Below are positions 1 to 8,795 of a stretch of DNA of 39,504 nt, in pieces. Source of the DNA: Pseudomonas phage vB_PaeS-D14F. The translations under genes were made by a program, and so were the position numbers. The DNA lies in sequence record BK061479.1. One strand, written 5' to 3'. The first letter of the stretch is position 1. The number at the start of each line of letters is the position of its first letter. The notes below the pieces were generated by a model. It had not been told where the DNA came from. It worked only from the letters and a program-made list of their open reading frames with translations, and made no database searches.

Positions 1-252
1 TCAGCACAGCACGACGATATCGCCATCGGCTACCCGCTCAGACAGAGCGGTCAGCTTGCCGATGCCCTCCCGCAGGAACCGGCTCAGCTGTTCGAAGCAC
101 TCCTGCTGATCCCGCGTGAGGTGAAACTCCGACTCCATGGACTCCATCAAGTCCAAGCAGCACTGATTGAGGAATCCCACCTCAAGCAGCTCTGCCCGCA
201 GCCTACGCCTCAGCACCTCATCCATACCAACATCCCTATCTACTCCGCACAT
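1..252 (-). CDS. hypothetical small protein (83 aa from track; probable Met start at 225, giving 74 aa); phage-end cargo or flanking gene
   Basis: Complete ORF with a stop at 1-3 and high GC3 (~80%). It lies beyond the last tail gene and has no recognisable motif. Confidence 0.4.
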   Translation of the reverse strand: MCGVDRDVGMDEVLRRRLRAELLEVGFLNQCCLDLMESMESEFHLTRDQQECFEQLSRFLREGIGKLTALSERVADGDIVVLC

Positions 253-303
253 CAGCTGGGGACCGTAGCAAAAAGGCGACGTTGGTCACAATTATCAAAA
301 CGC

Positions 304-591
304 TTAGGACTGGGGGAGCGGATAGCGTTCTTTGATCGCCTTGACAGCTTCGACCCAGGCCGACAGGTCCGGCTCTGTACCGGTAGCGATGGCGTCATAC
401 TCGGCCTCCAAGCGCAGCGGGTCAGCCTCGTCCCGGTATGCCTGCCGGCGCAGCTCCTGGACCTCGGCCAGCGCGTCGCCAGGGTGGTACGTAAGATCGT
501 CCAGGCCCACCCCGGCAGTTTCAGCGATGGCCGCCAGCGGGCCGTCCCACTCAGTGAAGAACGCCCCTTTGTAGAGAACCCGCTTCATCAT
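304..591 (-). CDS. small tail-associated protein (95 aa), possible tail-fibre assembly/chaperone
   Basis: Internal ATG at 591 forms an ATGA overlap with the stop of the upstream 382-aa gene (track ORF 304..714). It is the last gene of the tail operon. Confidence 0.5.
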   Translation of the reverse strand: MMKRVLYKGAFFTEWDGPLAAIAETAGVGLDDLTYHPGDALAEVQELRRQAYRDEADPLRLEAEYDAIATGTEPDLSAWVEAVKAIKERYPLPQS

Positions 592-1736
592 GCGCTTGCT
601 CCGTTGATTGTAAGAATGGGTGCAACATGGATGCCCGGATCGACGAGGCCACCGAACCACGCCGGACAGGCGAGCGCGATCTGAGCCCCTGCGGATGCGT
701 AGAGATACGGGCACGTGTTGTCATAGCCGTTGTATGACTGCATCGAGAATCGCAGATGTACCCATTGATTAGCAGGAAGCACCACGCCAGGCGCAGCGGC
801 AGCGCCATTGATCCAGAGCTTGTGGGTCGTATAGGGCGCCGACGAGATATGAGCCGAGCCGCTTTCGACCCGCAACCACATGACGACCGTCGCCCATGCG
901 CCCGCGTTGAAAACTGTTTTGCTGCCGTTGGAGCAGCACAGATACCGCGTGACCCCATCCGCGCCGGCCGAGCCGGTAGTTGTCTGCGATCCCGCAGTCA
1001 GAACGGTGGTGAAGAACTCGACCCCGTATCGGGACACTGACGTCCATGTGCGGCCCATTGCCGTGAGCAGCGCCTGGACCCGCGCATTGAGCGCCGGCCC
1101 CGCCCCGCCGTTCGTGCTGTTGTCGAACGAGAACTTTCCCCCATCTGCGAGGGTGGCGCCGTTCCAGCCATTGATGAAGGTGCTTGGAGTCCATGACGTT
1201 GTGAACATCGTATTCAGCGGATTGGCTGCGGTTCCCGCGAACCGACCCATGTCGGGCATCAGGTTCATGAACGGCAGAACGTTTAGCGCCGATTTCGCCG
1301 CCGATCCCAGCTCCGCCCAAGCGCCGCTTTCGCGGGCATATGGCTTTCCGTCGCTCGGCGCGTCGGCCATTCCGCCCACCAGCTCAGTCCAGGCGCTGCC
1401 GGAATACTCGTAGGTCTTGACCTGGCCGCTCGGCGTCGTCTCGTTGGCGACCTGGACACGCCAGCCCAGCCTGGGCGGCATGTACTCCCAAATGGGCGTG
1501 GTCGCGCCAGTCGCCCACCAGCGGGCCAAGCGGTTCTGGTTCGCCCCGGCCCCGGTGAAAATGTAAGTGTCACCCTCGGCCTGGCCGGAAGTCGGCAGCG
1601 TGGCGACGCGGCCCTTGACGACCGGCTGGCGCAAGAAGTCGTCCCAGCGCAACAGGCGCATAAGGTCGTTGTAATGCCCCTCACCGGGTGCCCCGTTGAT
1701 CAGTAGGCCGGTATTAGGCCCCATGGTAAGACTCAT
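588..1736 (-). CDS. putative tail fibre / receptor-binding protein (382 aa)
   Basis: Terminal position in the tail module. Gly/Thr/Ser-rich composition typical of fibre proteins. Coupled to flanking genes by overlaps. Confidence 0.5.
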   Translation of the reverse strand: MSLTMGPNTGLLINGAPGEGHYNDLMRLLRWDDFLRQPVVKGRVATLPTSGQAEGDTYIFTGAGANQNRLARWWATGATTPIWEYMPPRLGWRVQVANETTPSGQVKTYEYSGSAWTELVGGMADAPSDGKPYARESGAWAELGSAAKSALNVLPFMNLMPDMGRFAGTAANPLNTMFTTSWTPSTFINGWNGATLADGGKFSFDNSTNGGAGPALNARVQALLTAMGRTWTSVSRYGVEFFTTVLTAGSQTTTGSAGADGVTRYLCCSNGSKTVFNAGAWATVVMWLRVESGSAHISSAPYTTHKLWINGAAAAPGVVLPANQWVHLRFSMQSYNGYDNTCPYLYASAGAQIALACPAWFGGLVDPGIHVAPILTINGASA

Positions 1737-3967
1737 GCGGAAACGCCTCCAAGTTCTTCGCCCAGCCGGAAACCGAGGCCGTGGCGTTCAATCGTGATGT
1801 CGTGCTGCTGCCAAGAATCGATGCCGTCGCGGGCACTGCGCAGGACAAGGCGCACGTCCTGGAGCGGACCATCCGCCATGTCCTCGGCCAACGGATAGGA
1901 CCAGCTACTGGATGTGAGGCCGGCGTAGGTGCGCTTCAGCGTCGTGCCGCTGTAGACCTGGAGCGTCACCGTCGCTCCAGCTTCCGGGCCGATGTTGCCG
2001 ACAGTGGTATCGATCAGCTGGTCGGCCTGCCCAATGCGGTCGCGCTTCGCCCAGCTCACCGACAGCGCCCCGTAGACTTTCGTTGGGTACGCGCTGCCGT
2101 TGATGCGGAACTGGCCGGGCGGATACGGCTTGCCCTGGCGCCCGGTCAGGGTGAGGCTGTCGGTGGCAGCCAGCGCCGGGGCCAGTTGGCCCTCGCTGGT
2201 GTTCGTCAGCAGCCGGGCCTGGAGCGTCACGCCCTGGCTGTAGACCGTCTCGTCCACCGCTTCGAACGTGTCGTAGAACCAGACCCGAGCCCCGGCCAGG
2301 TGTTTGGCCGGTACGGTATCGGCGCAGCCGCGCGCCAGGGTGACCGTGCCGCTGACATAGTTGACCGCATCGACCCGGACGATCTCGTCGTCCACCACAG
2401 CGGCCTGGCCGACAGTGACGTCCTCCAGGCGACTGGCGTTGGTCAGCGTGACGACGCTCGGGCCGGCCGCCAGCGGCAGCTCGGCGGCGAGTAATCCGGT
2501 CGGGCACCAGTCCCCGGTTCCGCGATCAACGAACGCGCCAGAGCTGCCGACGCGGTCGGTCAAGGTGTAGCTCTGCGACAGGCTGGTCGGCGCCTCGGCC
2601 AGCGCGGCCAAGTAGGACGCGCTCACGTCCAGGAGCTGGAGATTTGCCGGATCGATCACGCCGGCCAGTTCGCGATAGGGTGCCTCGATCAGGCGGCGCA
2701 CAGTGACCGCCCGAGGTGTCCGGTCGGGCGGAATCCAGCCCGGTGGTGGCGGTGCCACTCCGGTAGTTGCCGGCAGATTGAACTGATCCTGAACGACGGT
2801 CAGGGTGATCTTGCCGTCGCCGAGGAAGTTGTCCTCGATCCGACCGACCCTGACGACGGTTTCGGGGATGCCGCGCCGGGTCGAACGGATGCGGAACGGC
2901 TGTCCAGGGTTCAGGCTGCGGGCGCGGCGGTCGAATATGGCCTTGTAGCGCTTTAGCCCTGCGGTCTTCAGGCGCATTTCCCGCTCACCGAAGCGCCCGG
3001 CCAGCTCGCCGGTCGGCGCACCTATGAACTCGATTTCTTCGGACGACCGGCGGCCCTGCGACGCGGCGACCGCGTTGTTGGTGATGATGACCTGGCGTTG
3101 CTCCCCGTCGATCTGATCAATGTACTTGACGATCAATTGGCTCGGCGCAAGCGATGTCGAACTGGTCTTCTCCTGGGTGATTTCCAGAAGGCCGCTGTCT
3201 TCGTCGAACAGCGGCAGGTCCGCAACGTTGTAGTCGTCACGCAGGAGCCGGATGCTGATCTGTCCGGTCTGGCGGTTCGGGTAGACTTCGCCGCCGATGT
3301 GCGATTTGACCGTCTCGCAGAAGTTCTTGAAGCTGTCCGAGCGGGTCCACTCGAAGCACAAGCCAACGCCCTCGGCATACAGCGTGTCAGCGGCCGCCCG
3401 CCAACTGGCTTCGTCCATCCGCGTGCGGGCCAGCCCCCGGAAATCCCGGCCGGTGTAGACCAGGTAGAGGATGTGGGCTGGGTTCATCGCCTTGATCTGA
3501 CCGTCCGCCAGCCAGATGAACTGCTTTTCGGGATACCAGGGGTTGCCGTCCCACAGACGGTTCCCGCCTCGACGCAGAATCTCCCACTTCTTCGGATACG
3601 GGTTAACCGATGTAACCAAGCCGGAATAGAAGCAGGTGCTGATTCCCCGGAACGCTGGCACAAGGCCACCGAGCATCGCCGCCAAGCGTGGCAGGACACC
3701 TTGATCTTCGTCGCCGAACAGCACGTCCAGGGTGCCGTCGAGGCCGCCCTCGCCTTTGTCGCCGCCGAACAGCTCCGGCGCGTTGATGCGAATCTGGCCG
3801 TTGCTGGTGATCGAGCCCTTCCAGGCGGTCTTGCCGCTTGCACGTATCGCACACACCTCGTCGACCTTCTTGCCCAGGGCAAAGTGGATATCGAAGTAAT
3901 ACCGCCAGGCGACGATCTGCGCCTTGGGTTTAGCGCCCATGGGCAACCTCCCGACGTGCGTGTTCAA
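1733..3967 (-). CDS. large distal tail / central fibre (host-specificity-like) protein, 744 aa
   Basis: Size and position downstream of the DUF2163-like tail protein. Start may be the Met at 3940. Confidence 0.55.
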   Translation of the reverse strand: MNTHVGRLPMGAKPKAQIVAWRYYFDIHFALGKKVDEVCAIRASGKTAWKGSITSNGQIRINAPELFGGDKGEGGLDGTLDVLFGDEDQGVLPRLAAMLGGLVPAFRGISTCFYSGLVTSVNPYPKKWEILRRGGNRLWDGNPWYPEKQFIWLADGQIKAMNPAHILYLVYTGRDFRGLARTRMDEASWRAAADTLYAEGVGLCFEWTRSDSFKNFCETVKSHIGGEVYPNRQTGQISIRLLRDDYNVADLPLFDEDSGLLEITQEKTSSTSLAPSQLIVKYIDQIDGEQRQVIITNNAVAASQGRRSSEEIEFIGAPTGELAGRFGEREMRLKTAGLKRYKAIFDRRARSLNPGQPFRIRSTRRGIPETVVRVGRIEDNFLGDGKITLTVVQDQFNLPATTGVAPPPPGWIPPDRTPRAVTVRRLIEAPYRELAGVIDPANLQLLDVSASYLAALAEAPTSLSQSYTLTDRVGSSGAFVDRGTGDWCPTGLLAAELPLAAGPSVVTLTNASRLEDVTVGQAAVVDDEIVRVDAVNYVSGTVTLARGCADTVPAKHLAGARVWFYDTFEAVDETVYSQGVTLQARLLTNTSEGQLAPALAATDSLTLTGRQGKPYPPGQFRINGSAYPTKVYGALSVSWAKRDRIGQADQLIDTTVGNIGPEAGATVTLQVYSGTTLKRTYAGLTSSSWSYPLAEDMADGPLQDVRLVLRSARDGIDSWQQHDITIERHGLGFRLGEELGGVSA

Positions 3968-4148
3968 CGAGCTTCAGCGCGAGCGCATCACCAGTTGCGA
4001 CCAGCAGGTCAGCCTCGATGCCGTTCCGCAAGAAGGACAACCAGTCCAGGCCGTGGCGTTTGAAGAAGGCCCGCGCCCGGTCGTGGCAGTAGCCCTGTCG
4101 GGTAGTCCAAGTCGGTACGGTGTGCAGGTGCTGTACAGTCACGATCAT
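3930..4148 (-). CDS. hypothetical small tail-module protein (72 aa)
   Basis: Internal ATG at 4148 overlaps the stop of the upstream gene as ATGA (track ORF 3930..4265). Confidence 0.4.
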   Translation of the reverse strand: MIVTVQHLHTVPTWTTRQGYCHDRARAFFKRHGLDWLSFLRNGIEADLLVATGDALALKLVEHARREVAHGR

Positions 4149-4384
4149 TTCTTGCTCGCCTTGGTCTTGATGGCCTTCAGCCGACGATTGTCCACGGTGA
4201 GCACCATCCACGACTTCGACCAGCACTGGCCGAACACCACCGCTTGATCTTCCCCTTCCTCGCATAGCGGGAAGTCAGCGGCATCGAATGCTGCCGGCTT
4301 GGGCTTCTGCGGTTTCGGCGCCAGGACGCTGGACAGGATGTACGACGCCGCCAGGATGACGAGATTGATTGTGATCGGGTCCAT
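4145..4384 (-). CDS. small hydrophobic tail-module protein (79 aa)
   Basis: N-terminal hydrophobic segment LVILAASYILSSVLA. Sits between conserved tail genes. Confidence 0.45.
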   Translation of the reverse strand: MDPITINLVILAASYILSSVLAPKPQKPKPAAFDAADFPLCEEGEDQAVVFGQCWSKSWMVLTVDNRRLKAIKTKASKK

Positions 4385-4392
4385 GGCCTACC

Positions 4393-5220
4393 TCACCAGA
4401 CTTGGTCGCCATCGAACGGCGACTTGCCTTGCAGCTTGTTGATGCCCCGGAAGTTCGGGAGGTTGTCGAACTTCGCATCGCACGTTTCAGCGAGGAAGTC
4501 GCAGCCGGGATAGACCCGCAGCTGTGCCCCGGCCGGGATACCTTGGGTACCGCCCAGGATGTAGAGGTCCGCCCCGGCGTGCCGCTCGATGTGTCGGCGG
4601 TCGTAGTTGTCGCCGTCCACCTGCCACTCGACATAGCCAGCCGTGAACCAGCCGTCGGCGTAGCCGGCGACCACACCGCTGGAAATCATCCAGTCCGACA
4701 CGCTCTGCGGCGTCAGCGTCACCCGATGCGGGACCAGGTTCACCTTGCAGCGGTGATCACCCAGGACCGCCGTGCAGGTGCGGCAATAGGTGTCGATCAG
4801 ACCGGGCTGATCCATAAGTTCATCTTCGGACACGCACGTTATGCGGCAGCTATCCACGGTCGGCCAGTCCACATCGCCAATCTGGCCTACCCAGGAAACC
4901 GCTGCCTCGGCGTCGCCGTAGTGCATGTCGTAGACGACCAGGTCGATGGCATCACTCGGCGATTTGACCTTGTACAGCAGCGCGACATCGAGGTCGGCCG
5001 GCGCGGTGATGACGAACTGGTCGGACTGCGGATCGCCGGAACAGATGATCCCGTTGTCGGTGATGCCGCCATGGACAGTGCGGAAAATCTGGTTCTGGTA
5101 GGTGATGTCCCGGTCGCTGCTGTTGTAGCTCCAGCGGATCGCGCCACGGCTGAACTGGTACAGCCGCACCGGCTGCCCATCCGCGAGCGAGCTTTCGCGG
5201 CTGTTAAAACTCATCGTCAC
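4393..5220 (-). CDS. conserved phage tail protein (DUF2163/BR0599-like, GTA g13-like), 275 aa
   Basis: Sequence resembles the family that follows tape-measure and distal-tail genes in Mu-like and GTA-like siphoviruses. Family assignment is from memory. Confidence 0.5.
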   Translation of the reverse strand: MTMSFNSRESSLADGQPVRLYQFSRGAIRWSYNSSDRDITYQNQIFRTVHGGITDNGIICSGDPQSDQFVITAPADLDVALLYKVKSPSDAIDLVVYDMHYGDAEAAVSWVGQIGDVDWPTVDSCRITCVSEDELMDQPGLIDTYCRTCTAVLGDHRCKVNLVPHRVTLTPQSVSDWMISSGVVAGYADGWFTAGYVEWQVDGDNYDRRHIERHAGADLYILGGTQGIPAGAQLRVYPGCDFLAETCDAKFDNLPNFRGINKLQGKSPFDGDQVW

Positions 5221-6910
5221 GAACCCCCTTGAACGTCAGGGCGGCAGTTGCGACGCCCTCGCTATCGGTGACGTGCTCGATCTCGACCACGTCGGTGGCG
5301 GCGCTACAGAGCGCCATGAAACAAATGCGCGCCACGTCGCCAGGCTCGACCAGCCGGCCCAGGGCGGCGTCGATGGCCAAGCGCTCGGTGTCAGCGTCCA
5401 GCTCGGTGCTGGTGAGGATGCGGCGGTGATAGACCGTGCCGTCGTACAGCTCGATGCGGATATCGCGACGACCCGGTCGCCCATTGGCGAAACGGGCATA
5501 GCCGATATTGCGCACGTCCAGCGCGGTGGACAGCTGCGAGACGGCGGCGACCAGGGTCAGGTCGTCGGCGTGGGTCGGCACCCACAGCGGCTTCTGCTGG
5601 CCGCGTAGCGCATAGACCAGGCTGCGGAACGCCGACCGTTCGGCTCGGCCCATGCCGATCCAGCGATGCCCCAAGACCGGTAGCGCCATGCCGGCGACGT
5701 CGGTCACGCGGGGAATGGCGCTGCCGTTGTCCAAGGTGGACAGCAGGCGCTGATAGCTGGAGGTGAGGTCTTCGCTTTCGTCCGGGCGCTGTTCCAGCAC
5801 TGGCCGACCCCTGTAGGTCGTCGCCGGCATTACCTCGGGCCAGGCGCTGGGCTCCATCACCAGGAACGACACCCGCGCAGACTGCGCGGTATCGGTCAGC
5901 CGGGTCAGCGTGGGCTGTTCGGTCAGCTGGGCGGTGCGTACCGGGTACAGTCGCGAGCCAGTTCCCCAGGCGGCCTGGACGGGCCGGACCAGGTCCAGGC
6001 CGCTGGCGGTCACCGTCTTGACCTCGACGACCTCATAGTTGAAGGCGTCCTCGCCGCGCAGCATCGCCAGACCGCCGTCGCGGAAGTCGAGGCCGGCCGT
6101 GCCGCACGGAATGTTCAGCGACCCGGCCGCCAGCGGCTGGTGGAGCAACTGGATATCAGGCCAGATCGGCAGCGCCCAAATTCGCGCGCCCCAGCCGAAT
6201 AGCGTCATGTCCAGGAGCTGCCGCTCGCGGTCCACCGCGTACATGTTCGCTTCGAACTCTCGGCGCGGCGCCAGGCGCATGGCTCGGCGCTGGGTCACGG
6301 CTGATTCGCTTTGCAGGATATTTGTCGAGGCGCTGAGGCGTTCGACGATGCTGTCGCCCCAGTCCGGCGCGAACGTCCAAGCGATGATGCGATTGCCGGT
6401 GATGACCAGGACCAGGTCCGGCTCGCCCTGGAGCTTCCAGACGATCCGCGCATTGACGACGGGCGGGCCGTCCGTGCCAATGCTGACCGTCCAAGTGCGT
6501 TCTTCCAGGGCGGCAAAACCCAGCGGCGGCGACGCCTGGCCGGATAGCGTGATGCCGTCTGCATCTTCCCGCTCGATGGCGGTCAGCGTGCGCGGACTGA
6601 AATATGCGTTCCAGACTGATGCCGGTCGTACCTGGGTGCTGACGACGTTGCCCAGCTCCATTGTGGTCGGAATCAGCCACAAGCGGTTGTAGTAGTTCTC
6701 TTCCAGGGCGCTTTGGTGGACAGCCTGGTACGTCGAATGGATCACCTCTACCGGCTGATGCGCCGCGTAGGCGCCGGCCCAGGTCGAGGCCGCGACCGCT
6801 GCCAGGCTGATGTCCTGGTTCAGCTCCAGGGCGTCGATATTCGGCGTGATGCCGGCAACGATCCCCTCCACCGGCTTCGGCACTTGGAACCCCGGAAAGG
6901 TCGCCATCAC
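5204..6910 (-). CDS. large distal tail protein (568 aa)
   Basis: Long ORF in the tail module, overlap-coupled to its neighbours. Confidence 0.55.
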   Translation of the reverse strand: MMATFPGFQVPKPVEGIVAGITPNIDALELNQDISLAAVAASTWAGAYAAHQPVEVIHSTYQAVHQSALEENYYNRLWLIPTTMELGNVVSTQVRPASVWNAYFSPRTLTAIEREDADGITLSGQASPPLGFAALEERTWTVSIGTDGPPVVNARIVWKLQGEPDLVLVITGNRIIAWTFAPDWGDSIVERLSASTNILQSESAVTQRRAMRLAPRREFEANMYAVDRERQLLDMTLFGWGARIWALPIWPDIQLLHQPLAAGSLNIPCGTAGLDFRDGGLAMLRGEDAFNYEVVEVKTVTASGLDLVRPVQAAWGTGSRLYPVRTAQLTEQPTLTRLTDTAQSARVSFLVMEPSAWPEVMPATTYRGRPVLEQRPDESEDLTSSYQRLLSTLDNGSAIPRVTDVAGMALPVLGHRWIGMGRAERSAFRSLVYALRGQQKPLWVPTHADDLTLVAAVSQLSTALDVRNIGYARFANGRPGRRDIRIELYDGTVYHRRILTSTELDADTERLAIDAALGRLVEPGDVARICFMALCSAATDVVEIEHVTDSEGVATAALTFKGVRDDEF

Positions 6911-7830
6911 TCAAGCACCCGGAAGCAGTAGCCGACCCAGGCGCTGGTGCTGCCGAAATCGGTAGCGGTTCCGCGCTGGAGCAGCGGGTACACGCGCCAG
7001 GTGTCGCTGCCGACCACCAACGGATCGCCAGGCGCGAGGAAGGCCATGTTGCACAGCCCGAAGTCCGGCACCTCGCCCACATACCGCGAGCGCTGCTGAG
7101 CGCCGAACGCATAGATGGCGCAGGGCACAGGGGTGGTCGAGCTGTTCAGCTCGTTTGCGCTCGCGTCGATCAGCCCCACGTCGGGATGGTACTGACTGCT
7201 GTAGTTTCCGCGACCGGGGCCGACGACGCGCCGAGGGATGTTGGTTCTGTAGTCGAACGGCAGCCACTCCGGGGACGGCCCATCATCGAGACTATCCAGC
7301 CGCAACACGCTTCCGCCGTCGCTGTATTGAATGTGGTAGCCATCGAAAGGATGCGACGACCAGTTGTTGGTCAACGCCTGTCCAGCGGAATAGATGACCG
7401 AGCCGCAGACATACTGACCGCCCGTATAGCCGACGCCACGTTTGTTCAGGGAGCCGATCATCACCGGACGGAACTGCCCAGCTGCGATTTCGACGTGCAG
7501 GTGCAGATAGGCAGCGGTAGCGAACAAGTGGTAGCGGGTGAACGGCCCGCCGCTGAGCTGGGCAACGGTTGGTTGTTTCGACGAGTAGGGATTGTTCTGT
7601 ACGGAATTGCCCGGCTGCGCGTTCCACGCCAGGCCGTTATCGAACCCCGTATTGCCCGCCATTTGGAACTGATTGGCCCCGGCACTGAATGACCAGTATC
7701 CATCCGCGTTGTGACAGAGCCACTCCGATGCCGAGGCGCGGTCGGTGACCCAGCCGAGGGTTTCGGCGTGAACGCGCAGCTTGCCCAGCAGGTCGGCCGG
7801 GTTGTTCGCTGTTCCTGTGAAATAGGCCAT
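6907..7830 (-). CDS. tail protein, paralogue B (307 aa from Met at 7830)
   Basis: Track ORF 6907..7893. The N-terminus MAYFTGTANNPADLLGKL parallels that of the upstream paralogue (MATEFGTATNHQNLIERL). Confidence 0.55.
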   Translation of the reverse strand: MAYFTGTANNPADLLGKLRVHAETLGWVTDRASASEWLCHNADGYWSFSAGANQFQMAGNTGFDNGLAWNAQPGNSVQNNPYSSKQPTVAQLSGGPFTRYHLFATAAYLHLHVEIAAGQFRPVMIGSLNKRGVGYTGGQYVCGSVIYSAGQALTNNWSSHPFDGYHIQYSDGGSVLRLDSLDDGPSPEWLPFDYRTNIPRRVVGPGRGNYSSQYHPDVGLIDASANELNSSTTPVPCAIYAFGAQQRSRYVGEVPDFGLCNMAFLAPGDPLVVGSDTWRVYPLLQRGTATDFGSTSAWVGYCFRVLE

Positions 7831-7831
7831 G

Positions 7832-8788
7832 TCAGTCCTTCCTGATTGCGTAGAGCCAGGGGTTGCCGGAGCGCCAGGCGGTTTGGAAAACAACGTGGTC
7901 CAGTCCGTCCTCGACGATCACGTCTTCAGCGCCTGAGTTGAGCGTCGGCACATAGAAAGCGCCGTCGAAGTCACCGAGGTATCGGCGACCCTCGGTTTCG
8001 CGGGTGACGAACTGCAAAGCTTTCAGCGGGAACTTGCTGAAAGAGTCGCGGAGCTGGTTGATCACAGTGTCGCTACTACCCGCATAGCGGGCGCAGCCCA
8101 GCGGCAGCAGGGTCCGATTGTTGTAGTCGGACTCGTTGTTGCTGTTCGATGCGACGGTGAAGCCCAGCCAACGGCCCGCCGGGTCGCGGACATAGCAACT
8201 GCGCTCAAGCGGGCTACTGATGCCTCGGTGCCGGTCGCTCACGTCGGACCAGCGGGTGGCGACGTCGCCACGGTAGGAACCCACCACGGCGAGCGGGTAC
8301 GGATATTGCGATGGCGGACAAGGTGGCAGGATGAAGCCGGCGCCGGCCGACTCGTAGATCGTGCTGACTTTGACGACCATCCAGAACCTGCGGCCGTTGG
8401 CGAAGAACCAGTAGGGCATCGGCTGATTCCACAGCAGTGCCTGGACCCGCGGGCTGTAGTTGGTAAACGCGGTCCAGTAGTCGCCGCCAGGCGGGATTGC
8501 TCCAGGATTGAACGCCGTGCCGCCCATCAGGCGAAGGTTGTAGTAGTCCAGGGCGGTATCGCCGTAGCTCTGAATCCCCATGTAGATGCTATCGGTGCCG
8601 CCCAGGCCGGGGGCGCGCAGCGTTACCTGGCGCACGGCTATCGCAGTGCCGGACGCGGGGATGCTGTTGTCGAAAACCTTCTCGTAGGCCTGCCCAGCCG
8701 CGACCAGGTCGGGGTTCGCAGTGAGGAACTGGACGAGGCGCTCGATCAGGTTCTGGTGGTTCGTGGCGGTGCCGAATTCGGTGGCCAT
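7832..8788 (-). CDS. tail protein, paralogue A (318 aa), immediately after the tape measure
   Basis: Follows the TMP stop. Paralogous to 6907..7830. Confidence 0.6.
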   Translation of the reverse strand: MATEFGTATNHQNLIERLVQFLTANPDLVAAGQAYEKVFDNSIPASGTAIAVRQVTLRAPGLGGTDSIYMGIQSYGDTALDYYNLRLMGGTAFNPGAIPPGGDYWTAFTNYSPRVQALLWNQPMPYWFFANGRRFWMVVKVSTIYESAGAGFILPPCPPSQYPYPLAVVGSYRGDVATRWSDVSDRHRGISSPLERSCYVRDPAGRWLGFTVASNSNNESDYNNRTLLPLGCARYAGSSDTVINQLRDSFSKFPLKALQFVTRETEGRRYLGDFDGAFYVPTLNSGAEDVIVEDGLDHVVFQTAWRSGNPWLYAIRKD

Positions 8789-8795
8789 GGGACTC

